NCBI GenBank assembly: GCA_934098445.1
Contig: CAKOOW010000001.1
Span: 10,872-74,871 of the forward strand
Direction: 5' to 3'
Length of the DNA: 64,000 nucleotides
Source: an uncultured Bacilli bacterium
GTDB lineage: Bacteria > Bacillota_I > Bacilli_A > RF39 > UBA660
Shown in pieces: positions 51,070 through 58,935 of the stretch; position 1 is the stretch's first letter; every line of letters starts with the position of its first letter. Made by a program: the position numbers and the translations under genes. The notes under the pieces are model-generated. The model was not told the DNA's origin and did not search any database. It worked only from the letters and a program-made list of their open reading frames with translations.

Positions 51070-51498
51070 ATGTTTTTTGATGATATTGATTTTTTAGTTA
51101 CAGGGAATTTACCTAGTAGTGATAATTTTAATCAAAGTAGATTAGTAGACTGTAAGATGGGGTATGCTAGAGGAAATATGTTTAGGGATGAGTATATTCC
51201 CTATAAGAATTATAAAGTGAAAGAAGTTATACCCCAGACGGAAGAAGAGGCCTTGCTTTTAAAGATAAATGAGAGTGAGTTTGCTTTAAATGATATTAGC
51301 CTTTATTTAGATTTACATCCTGAAGATAAGGAAATGTATAGAAAGTTTATGGAAGAGGTTAAGAAGTATAAAGATTATTTAGATAGGTATGAGAGAATTT
51401 ATCGTCCTTTAGAGCTTACTAGTACTTACACAGACTCATATGATTATTATAAAAATCCTTGGCCTTGGGATAATGATGGGGGTATTAAGTATGTATAA
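51070..51498 (+). CDS. cotJB: Spore coat protein CotJB with an N-terminal CotJA-like extension (apparent cotJA-cotJB fusion).
   Basis: CotJB signatures SLYLDLHPEDKE, YRPLE and NPWPWD. The first ~50 aa carry a CotJA-like GNMFRDEYIPY. GGGAGG RBS upstream. Confidence 0.65.
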   Translation: MFFDDIDFLVTGNLPSSDNFNQSRLVDCKMGYARGNMFRDEYIPYKNYKVKEVIPQTEEEALLLKINESEFALNDISLYLDLHPEDKEMYRKFMEEVKKYKDYLDRYERIYRPLELTSTYTDSYDYYKNPWPWDNDGGIKYV

Positions 51499-52051
51499 AT
51501 ATGAGAAACATCTAGCATATCCGGTTAATATTAAGAAGAAAGATTTAAGAATGGCTAAATATATTATTGCTGGTTTAGGAGGATATGCTGGGGAGTTAGC
51601 GGCAGCTTTAAGGTATTTTTCACAGAGTTTTTCAATGCCGGATGCAAAAGGAAAATCCTTACTTAATATGATTGCTACAGAGGAACTAGGACATTGTGAA
51701 ATGATTGCGACGATGTTTAGGCAATTAATTAAGGGAGCAACAGTTGAGGAATTAGAAGCGGCTGGTCTTGCCGAATATTATATGGATCATGGGAGAGGGG
51801 TTTATCCGGTAAATCCATCGGGAGTACCGTTTACCGCTAGTTATTTTGCTTCGACAGGGGATCCAATCGTTGATTTATGTGAAGATATGGCAGCTGAAGA
51901 AAAGGCAAGAGCAGGGTATGAGAATATGCTTAGTCTGGCTACCGATGAGGATTTAATCGGACCTTTGTTGTTCTTAAGACAAAGGGAAGTTGTCCATTAT
52001 AATCGTTTTAAAGAGTTATATGAATACTATAAAAGTCAAAAGACTAAATAA
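51491..52051 (+). CDS. cotJC: Spore coat protein CotJC (manganese-catalase-like ferritin fold).
   Basis: MYKYEKHLAYPVNIKKKDLRMAKYIIAGLGGYAGELAAALRYFSQS is typical of CotJC; the gene overlaps cotJB. Confidence 0.85.
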   Translation: MYKYEKHLAYPVNIKKKDLRMAKYIIAGLGGYAGELAAALRYFSQSFSMPDAKGKSLLNMIATEELGHCEMIATMFRQLIKGATVEELEAAGLAEYYMDHGRGVYPVNPSGVPFTASYFASTGDPIVDLCEDMAAEEKARAGYENMLSLATDEDLIGPLLFLRQREVVHYNRFKELYEYYKSQKTK

Positions 52052-52105
52052 AAAAGAATATCCTAGTATTAAGTTTAATCTTAGTACTGGGGATATTCTT
52101 TTTAA

Positions 52106-53143
52106 TTATTCTAAAGAATTAATTTCTTCTAATGATAAACCAGTAACATTAGCAATTAAATCTTTAGATATATTATTAGCTAACATATTTTTAGCTATCT
52201 CTTTGGATTTGTTCTCATTATCTTCCTTTAGTTTCCTATTTTCGGATGCTATTTTTTCTTTTTCAGCAATCATCTTTTCGTGTTCAGCAACTATTTTTTC
52301 TTTTTCAGCAAATATCTTTTCGTGTTCAGCAAACATCTTAGAAGCTTTAGCAATATCAGCTTCTGCTTGTTCTCTAATTTCTTTAGCTTCATCCTTGATT
52401 TGTTTGGCTTCAGCCCTAATTTGTCTGGCTTCGGCTTTAATATCTTCGGCATCGGATATTATTGTATTCATAAGCATTTCTTGGTTTGAATACTCCGTAT
52501 AAAGAGCAATATTATCTTCATCAGCTGATAATTCTTTTACCCGGTCAAATAGTTTAGTTCCTTCTTCTTCACCCATAATCTCTATAGCCTTTCTTAAGAA
52601 GACTTCTTCATCATCAGTATCCATTAACAAACACCAATTAGCAACTCTTCTTTCATATTCGTTAATTAGATTGTAACACGGATCTTTGCTTAAGTTAACA
52701 AAAATATTATAGATTTTATCATCCCAGCCGTAAGCAACCTTGCCATCTTGATCACGCATCTGATAAATGGCTACTAATCTTTTCGTATCTTTATCTAAAT
52801 CATCAAAGAAATTAAAATTCACTTGGACTAAACGGGCAATATTCTTATACTTATTGTTACCAACAATTAAGGTATTCGCCCCGATTATATTAGTATAAAC
52901 CTTATTACGATTTAGCATTGGTAGTTGGGAATTTAGTTCAACATTGATATATTCATCTCTTTTAGGAGTCTTAAAGATTTCATGTTTAATTAGTAAATCT
53001 ACTTTATTAAGCATTTTTCTTTTATTCATTATTTTTAAATCGCGATTAAGATATTCAATTTTACCTTCTAGGATATCTTTCTTAATATTTAGAACATCTG
53101 ATAATAATTGTTCTAAGGTACAATGATAAACATTATCGCCCAA
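52106..53143 (-). CDS. Rpn/YhgA-like (PD-(D/E)xK, Transposase_31) putative recombination-promoting nuclease.
   Basis: The C-terminus IAKNMLANNISKDLIANVTGLSLEEINSL matches the conserved RpnA tail (FAQRLLSKGMSREDVAEMANLPLAEIDKV), and AEHEKIFAEKEKI heptad repeats precede it. The N-terminal assignment is less certain. Confidence 0.45.
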   Translation of the reverse strand: MGDNVYHCTLEQLLSDVLNIKKDILEGKIEYLNRDLKIMNKRKMLNKVDLLIKHEIFKTPKRDEYINVELNSQLPMLNRNKVYTNIIGANTLIVGNNKYKNIARLVQVNFNFFDDLDKDTKRLVAIYQMRDQDGKVAYGWDDKIYNIFVNLSKDPCYNLINEYERRVANWCLLMDTDDEEVFLRKAIEIMGEEEGTKLFDRVKELSADEDNIALYTEYSNQEMLMNTIISDAEDIKAEARQIRAEAKQIKDEAKEIREQAEADIAKASKMFAEHEKIFAEKEKIVAEHEKMIAEKEKIASENRKLKEDNENKSKEIAKNMLANNISKDLIANVTGLSLEEINSLE

Positions 53144-53242
53144 GATTTGCGTGAAAAGAAAATCTATTTTTAGAGGAATTATTTTTCCTTTAGGAAGGGG
53201 ATTAATCCTGATGTTATTCTTTGGTATATTACTTCCTTCTTT

Positions 53243-53755
53243 CTACTTTTTTAATTCTTGTAAGTAGATTTTTATCATACCTTCTGGGGTATGAGTTTTT
53301 TTAGCCATTTCTTCAATAGAAGCGCCAGTTGCTAGGAGATTAACGATATCATTTAATTTATCTTTTAAAGTAGCGGGATCATCATTAGTAAATCTTGCTA
53401 GTTCGTTAGCAATTAGTCTTTCTTTACGATTTAGAGCCATGACATAACCATCTACGCCTAGGCGCTTGGCAGATTCGGCAACATCGTATCCTAAATAGCT
53501 TTTTAAAATATTATAAGCCTTATCTACTAGGGCTGTTAATCTTTCACTACCTTCGGCATATTCGTAAGCTGTTTTTAGATCAACAGCACAATAACTCATT
53601 AAGTTAAAAATCTTTAAACCATTAGTAACTTCTTTTCCTAAAATCTCGGGATGTTTATCTAATTCATCAAAATCGATATTGATAACAATCTTTTTAATAG
53701 GTTCATCTTCGATTTCATATGCTTTGATAGCGGCATTATTCATTCTCATTTTCAT
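53243..53755 (-). CDS. Hypothetical protein (171 aa).
   Basis: The start is placed at MKMRMNN behind AAGGAGGT. The longer ORF-track N-terminus is probably leader sequence. Confidence 0.3.
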   Translation of the reverse strand: MKMRMNNAAIKAYEIEDEPIKKIVINIDFDELDKHPEILGKEVTNGLKIFNLMSYCAVDLKTAYEYAEGSERLTALVDKAYNILKSYLGYDVAESAKRLGVDGYVMALNRKERLIANELARFTNDDPATLKDKLNDIVNLLATGASIEEMAKKTHTPEGMIKIYLQELKK

Positions 53756-53845
53756 TTTGACCTCCTTATCTAAGAAGAATAACTCCGGCCGAAAAATTAT
53801 CCTTCTATATATATATATTGGCGGTCGAAGTCGATTTTTGTTCAT

Positions 53846-53892
53846 AAATTGCAAAAAAGTTGCAAAAAATTGCAATTTTTTTGCATTTTCTA
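53846..53892. promoter_or_regulatory. Putative operator: three direct TTGCAAAAAA repeats forming a near-palindrome TGCAAAAAATTGCAATTTTTTTGCA.
   Basis: Lies in the divergent intergenic region between the 53755 (-) and 54013 (+) genes. Confidence 0.35.
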
Positions 53893-54012
53893 TCTTTAGA
53901 AAACTTTTAAAGCTCCAAAAGAAGACTATTTATAAACTTTTTAGACTAGAAAGAATATTTATGTGATAGAATAACAACTGATTTAGATTTTAAAACTTAC
54001 TAGAAAGGTGAT

Positions 54013-55545
54013 ATGGATATTAAGATAGGGGGATATCCTTTAGATAAAGAACAACTAAGAATAGCAACGTCTAAAGAAAAAGAGGTTCTGGTAGTAGCGG
54101 GAGCGGGGTCAGGGAAAACTTTTACAATCGTAGGGCGCATCTGGTATTTAATTAATATAGAGAAAGTAAGTCCGGAAGAGATATTATGTATTTCTTATAC
54201 TAGGGAGGCGGCAAGTAGTTTAAGAAATAAATTACTTAAAGAGTTTAATATTTTGATGAATGTTTATACTTTTCATAAGCTTTCTATTAATATCTTAAAG
54301 AATAGTAATATTTATTTTAAGATTGCTAGTCCAGACTCTTTAGAGCTTATTATTGAGGAGTATTTAAGAATAGATATTCTTCTATACCCAGAACAGCTTA
54401 AGTACTTAAGATTTATCTTAAAGATTAATTGGCATAGTACGGAGGAGTATCTTAAGATTTTGGATAGTCATAAGGAAGAGATAGATAAGTTTATCAAGGT
54501 AGTAGCAACTTTTATTAGATTAATGAAGTGTAATGGAAAAGATATTTCTTTATTACAAGAGACTTTAAAAAGACTAGGGAAGAATATATTCAAGAGAATA
54601 GAGTGTTATTATATCTTAATAATTCTTAATATCTATGTGAAGTATAAAGTTTATTTAGAAGAGAATAGGGAATATGACTTTGATGATTTAATTATGGAAG
54701 CTACTAAGGTAGTTAATGATAGTTCTTATACTAGGAATTTTAAATATATTATTATTGATGAGTACCAGGATAGTTCTTTTATTAGGTTTAATTTAATTAA
54801 AGAGATAGTTAATATTAATGAAGCTTATTTTATGGCTGTAGGGGATGATTTTCAGTCGATATATAAGTTCTCAGGGAGTGATATAGGGTTATTTATTAAT
54901 TTTAAGGATTATTTTAAGAAGGGGAAAGTTCTAAAGATACAGACTACTTATCGGAATAGTCAGGAACTTGTTGATATTGCAGGGGATTTTATTATGAAGA
55001 ATAAGATACAACTAAGAAAAGAGATGAGGTCTAATATTCATATTAAGAAACCAATTAAGATTGTTTATTATGATTCTAAAGAAAAGGATTTTTATAGATT
55101 ATGTTTATATTTAAAGAGAAATGGTAGTTATAACATATTAGTCTTAGGGAGGAATAACAACGATATAAAGGGGTATATGAGTAAGGAGGTTACTTTTAAA
55201 GATGGGGTTATTAATCTAAAGAATGATAATACTATGAAGATAAGTTATATGACTATGCATAGGTCTAAAGGATTAGAATGTGATGATGTAGTTATTATTA
55301 ATTTAAGAGATGATACGCTTGGATTTCCTTTCCAGGTAGAGGCTGATAAGATATTAAACTACATTAGAAAGGATACAAAAAAAGACTTCTTAGAAGAGGA
55401 AAGAAGGCTATTTTATGTGGGATTAACTAGAGCGAAGAGGAATGTTTATTTATTTACCCCGAAGAGGAAGGCTTCAGCTTTTGTGATAGAACTTTTAAAG
55501 AATTATAAGGATAAACTGGAGATTATTAACAATCTTGACAAGTGA
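54013..55545 (+). CDS. UvrD-like SF1 DNA helicase (short paralog, 510 aa, without the nuclease insert).
   Basis: AGAGSGKTFT, IIDEYQDSS, AVGDDFQSIYKFSGS, TTYRNS, MHRSKGLECD and VGLTRAK motifs, collinear with the 25159 gene. Confidence 0.7.
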   Translation: MDIKIGGYPLDKEQLRIATSKEKEVLVVAGAGSGKTFTIVGRIWYLINIEKVSPEEILCISYTREAASSLRNKLLKEFNILMNVYTFHKLSINILKNSNIYFKIASPDSLELIIEEYLRIDILLYPEQLKYLRFILKINWHSTEEYLKILDSHKEEIDKFIKVVATFIRLMKCNGKDISLLQETLKRLGKNIFKRIECYYILIILNIYVKYKVYLEENREYDFDDLIMEATKVVNDSSYTRNFKYIIIDEYQDSSFIRFNLIKEIVNINEAYFMAVGDDFQSIYKFSGSDIGLFINFKDYFKKGKVLKIQTTYRNSQELVDIAGDFIMKNKIQLRKEMRSNIHIKKPIKIVYYDSKEKDFYRLCLYLKRNGSYNILVLGRNNNDIKGYMSKEVTFKDGVINLKNDNTMKISYMTMHRSKGLECDDVVIINLRDDTLGFPFQVEADKILNYIRKDTKKDFLEEERRLFYVGLTRAKRNVYLFTPKRKASAFVIELLKNYKDKLEIINNLDK

Positions 55546-56074
55546 ATTTAGCGTTGGGACTAAGAGCAGTTAGTTCAATGGAATATTTATTTTTAGCAGA
55601 AGAATCGACACCGGTTACGGGAATATGAATAACTAGTAGAGTCGGAGAGGGGTAAGAATTAACATTGGCAACATACTTATAAGTAACATTATTAACATCA
55701 TAAGTACCATAGTTAAGGTCCCATTTTTCGAGCATACCAGCTCTTCCATAGGCGATAAAAGTGTCATTGATGCATAAATACTTTGTGATACCGCCGTGAA
55801 ATTTAAAAGCACTACAATTAGTATAACCACTGTCAGTAGACTTCTTAATAAAAGTTTCTAAATAATTATCAAAATTAATTAAATCACCTTGAATAACATT
55901 AATTAGAGAAGCTCTAGTCAAGGTATCTTCATTCCTTTTATTGGATAAAACATCTTCATTCTTTAGGTCAGATAGTAAATTAACAACAAATATCATTACA
56001 ATGGATATTAGAACTAAGCTAACTAAGACTTCCATTAAAGTCATACCTTTCTTATTCATATTACTCCTTTGCAT
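55526..56074 (-). CDS. Type IV pilin-like / competence pseudopilin (prepilin N-terminal methylation motif).
   Basis: KG|MTLMEVLVSLVLISIV class-III signal with Glu at +5. Confidence 0.55.
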   Translation of the reverse strand: MQRSNMNKKGMTLMEVLVSLVLISIVMIFVVNLLSDLKNEDVLSNKRNEDTLTRASLINVIQGDLINFDNYLETFIKKSTDSGYTNCSAFKFHGGITKYLCINDTFIAYGRAGMLEKWDLNYGTYDVNNVTYKYVANVNSYPSPTLLVIHIPVTGVDSSAKNKYSIELTALSPNAKFTCQDC

Positions 56075-56750
56075 ATAATTTAGTACTATTATAGTAATTT
56101 TTGGTTACCTTTCGGTAGCACGTATTATTCTCTTTAACATAACCATTAGTACAATTACCATCTTTTAGTTTACCTTTTTTATTATAGTCAATATATTCTT
56201 CTTGATATTCAACAATGAGACGATAACCATCATCAGTACCTGATAAAGTCTTAAGATAAAGAATAGCATTCGTACTCATATTATTTAGGGCTTCCATACT
56301 AGCGTTATTAGTACAGCTATTCTTATTAGATTTCGTTAAACACTGTTTTAGGTCATTAACATTATAGTAAGTAATATAAATTCTAGAAATTTGTAAATAA
56401 TCAGCGCCGTTACTAATAACTTTATTACTGAAAGCTTGTTTACCAACTTCTTTATCGTTTCGAGACCCATATTCATAAGTGTTATACAAGGAGCCATCTT
56501 CTGCATTAAAGACAATTATTTTTTTACCGGCATCGACTAAGTATTTTTTTATATAGTTATTAAGATTTAAAGAGACTAGGTAATCTTCTAAAAGATAAGT
56601 ACGGTATAAATAGCTAGTATCATCAAACATAGCTCTTCTTTTTTCATTTATAAGTACCCTAGAGAAAGTAATATATATTGTGATTAACGAGGTCGTCAGA
56701 ATTGTCATAACCATAATTGTTTCTACAAACATAAATCCTTTTTTATTCAT
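56061..56750 (-). CDS. Type IV pilin-like / pseudopilin.
   Basis: KG|FMFVETIMVMTIL prepilin motif. Confidence 0.5.
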   Translation of the reverse strand: MNKKGFMFVETIMVMTILTTSLITIYITFSRVLINEKRRAMFDDTSYLYRTYLLEDYLVSLNLNNYIKKYLVDAGKKIIVFNAEDGSLYNTYEYGSRNDKEVGKQAFSNKVISNGADYLQISRIYITYYNVNDLKQCLTKSNKNSCTNNASMEALNNMSTNAILYLKTLSGTDDGYRLIVEYQEEYIDYNKKGKLKDGNCTNGYVKENNTCYRKVTKNYYNSTKLYAKE

Positions 56751-56813
56751 ATTAATTCCTTATCTTATATATAGAATAGCATAAATCTTGTTAAAAATAA
56801 ACTTATTAAAAGG

Positions 56814-57065
56814 TTATTTTAAAGATTGTTTTATTTCTTCATAGGAGGCATAACATTCGATTTTCTCAGTGTCGCCATTAGAGTTTATTATTTCACAAGA
56901 ACAGGTTTTATTTTCGCAAGAACAGTTGGTCGCATTGGCACATTTTACATTACTATTACACATTGGTTTAATCTTAGGAACAATAAGTAGATAAATAAAA
57001 CCAATAAGAAGCATTATAATAGTTTGAAAGATAATAAAATTTATAAGATTAATTTGTTTTTTCAT
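56814..57065 (-). CDS. Small Cys-rich membrane-anchored protein.
   Basis: One TM helix, then 8 Cys in about 40 aa (CNSNVKCANATNCSCENKTCSCE). Confidence 0.35.
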   Translation of the reverse strand: MKKQINLINFIIFQTIIMLLIGFIYLLIVPKIKPMCNSNVKCANATNCSCENKTCSCEIINSNGDTEKIECYASYEEIKQSLK

Positions 57066-57161
57066 TTAGCACCACCAAGGAAAAAGGATATTTAAGATAA
57101 TAAGTTCTAGGATAATAAGGCTGATACTAAGAATAATAGAGTGTTTAATAAGTATTTTCAT
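57066..57161 (-). CDS. 31-aa hydrophobic micropeptide, not in the ORF track.
   Basis: MKILIKHSIILSISLIILELIILNILFPWWC. AAAGGA RBS upstream; its TAA stop abuts the ATG of the downstream gene. Confidence 0.25.
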   Translation of the reverse strand: MKILIKHSIILSISLIILELIILNILFPWWC

Positions 57162-57268
57162 TTGAATAGTCCTTTCTTAGAGTATATATTCTTATAGAAT
57201 ATATTGTATCAATTATTTAAGTAAATGTCTTTATTTTGTGATAAAATTATTCTAGAAAGGATAGAAAG

Positions 57269-58234
57269 ATGAAGAAGAGTAGTAAAATCTTAGGAATTAT
57301 TTTAATTATTATAGTTACTTTTAGTCTAGGGACAGTAGGAGGTTATTATCTTTTTAAGATGAAGATGGATAATAATAATAATTCTGTTGAAGGGGAGAAA
57401 AAGAATAATCCTGATGAAAAGAATAATGTTAGCTCTAAAGAAGAAGTTAATGATAATACTTCTAAGGATGAAGTACTTAGTCTAACCGATAGTACGGTTA
57501 AGGAATTATTTAGTAGGAAGACTAATTTTCATATAAGTAGTAAGGTTACCTATGATACTTTAAGTGATCAAAAGAAATTAGGAGTAGATTTAGATGGTCT
57601 TAAGAAAAGAAATTTTAATCTAGGTTATAAAGATATCTGTGATAAGTTAAAGAATAGTGGTAATCCATATATGAGTGATAATTATGATACTTGTATAAGT
57701 CTAAAGAATAAATGGGAAGATGATACGGACTTAGTTACTTATTATACGGTTGATGATGTTAAAAAGAATAATATTAAGTATTTTAATGAAAGTAGTAATC
57801 TACCGAAAGATTATAGTTATGTGATGTTAACTACTTTAGAGTTAAATCCTGAGTGTGAGAAGGTAGTACTTCAAAGTAAAGATAATTATTATTTAGATAT
57901 GGATATGCATTGTGGATATGGTGGTTTAGAACCAGTGATTGAGAATAGTCTTGTTAAAGCGGTTAAATCTAATGATGAAATTATTCTTTATGATACTTAT
58001 GCCTTAGGAGTTATGGATGATAATATTGGAGAAACACAATATTTTAACTTCTATGGTGATGAAGACTTTATAAATAAGATTAAATCTTTAGAAGTTATTG
58101 TTACCGATAATGGCTCTTTATATGATAAGAATGAACTTGATAAGTTTAAACAGACTTATAAACATACATATAAGAAAAATAAATCAGGAGAATATTATTG
58201 GGTATCAAGTGAACCAGTAAGCTCTGTAGACTAG
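57269..58234 (+). CDS. Membrane-anchored hypothetical protein.
   Basis: N-terminal TM, an N/K/E-rich linker, and an ectodomain. Confidence 0.3.
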   Translation: MKKSSKILGIILIIIVTFSLGTVGGYYLFKMKMDNNNNSVEGEKKNNPDEKNNVSSKEEVNDNTSKDEVLSLTDSTVKELFSRKTNFHISSKVTYDTLSDQKKLGVDLDGLKKRNFNLGYKDICDKLKNSGNPYMSDNYDTCISLKNKWEDDTDLVTYYTVDDVKKNNIKYFNESSNLPKDYSYVMLTTLELNPECEKVVLQSKDNYYLDMDMHCGYGGLEPVIENSLVKAVKSNDEIILYDTYALGVMDDNIGETQYFNFYGDEDFINKIKSLEVIVTDNGSLYDKNELDKFKQTYKHTYKKNKSGEYYWVSSEPVSSVD

Positions 58235-58273
58235 AAAAAAATATCTATTCGTAATGAGTAGATATTTTTTTTA

Positions 58274-58858
58274 TTACTTTAAATTTCTATTAAGTTTTGG
58301 AGCGTTATTCTTAGCCGCTATTTTTTCCTTGGTATAAGTTGGATCCCAGGTTGCAATGCGGATGAAGTTATAAATTGAAGTTTCTCCATCGGCAAGTAAT
58401 AGGCTATGTTTAAAGAATTCACGTCCTGTAAGACTGTTACGCATATTAACAATTACATAAGCCCCACAAGCAAGGTCACCATGAGCAATACCGGCAAATA
58501 AATCTTCTTCGGGTGTATGCATCTGGGCACGAACATCATCAAAAGTAAATGTGCAACCTAAAGCCATTAATCCGTTTATTAATTCAGCTTGTGTAATATC
58601 AGGATTTTCAGCAATAAATTTTAGACCGGCAATAATTTTTTCGGCAGTTACTGTATGATCAAGTTCTTTATTTTCTTTATAAATCTTTCTAGTAACACCA
58701 TAAACTATTAAATGAGCTTTATCCATTGTAATATCATCAGAGAATAATTTATGACCAGCAAATTCACAATATACATGATTTCCTTTTAGTTTCTCAGATA
58801 ATAGGACTAAGGCAGCCTCTTCTAAAGTAGTTCCTTCTCTTAATTCAATCTTTTCCAT
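58274..58858 (-). CDS. Hypothetical cytoplasmic protein.
   Basis: ORF with a GGGGGAAATATAATG start context; no recognisable family. Confidence 0.3.
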   Translation of the reverse strand: MEKIELREGTTLEEAALVLLSEKLKGNHVYCEFAGHKLFSDDITMDKAHLIVYGVTRKIYKENKELDHTVTAEKIIAGLKFIAENPDITQAELINGLMALGCTFTFDDVRAQMHTPEEDLFAGIAHGDLACGAYVIVNMRNSLTGREFFKHSLLLADGETSIYNFIRIATWDPTYTKEKIAAKNNAPKLNRNLK

Positions 58859-58935
58859 TATATTTCCCCCTTGGTAAGTTGTACTCTAACATAATATTCA
58901 CCATGTGTCAACTACTTTTTAATATATTATATAAC

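Noticed and set aside
51990-52502. 170-aa plus-strand ORF and a nested 69-aa ORF.
   Set aside because: They are antisense to the repetitive heptad-coding part of the Rpn-like gene. Such repeats generate open antisense frames by composition alone.
53679-53966. 95-aa plus-strand ORF, and the 40-aa N-terminal extension of the 53243-53875 ORF.
   Set aside because: The strong RBS, AAGGAGGT, sits before the internal MKMRMNN start. The extension and the antisense ORF both cover the leader and operator region.
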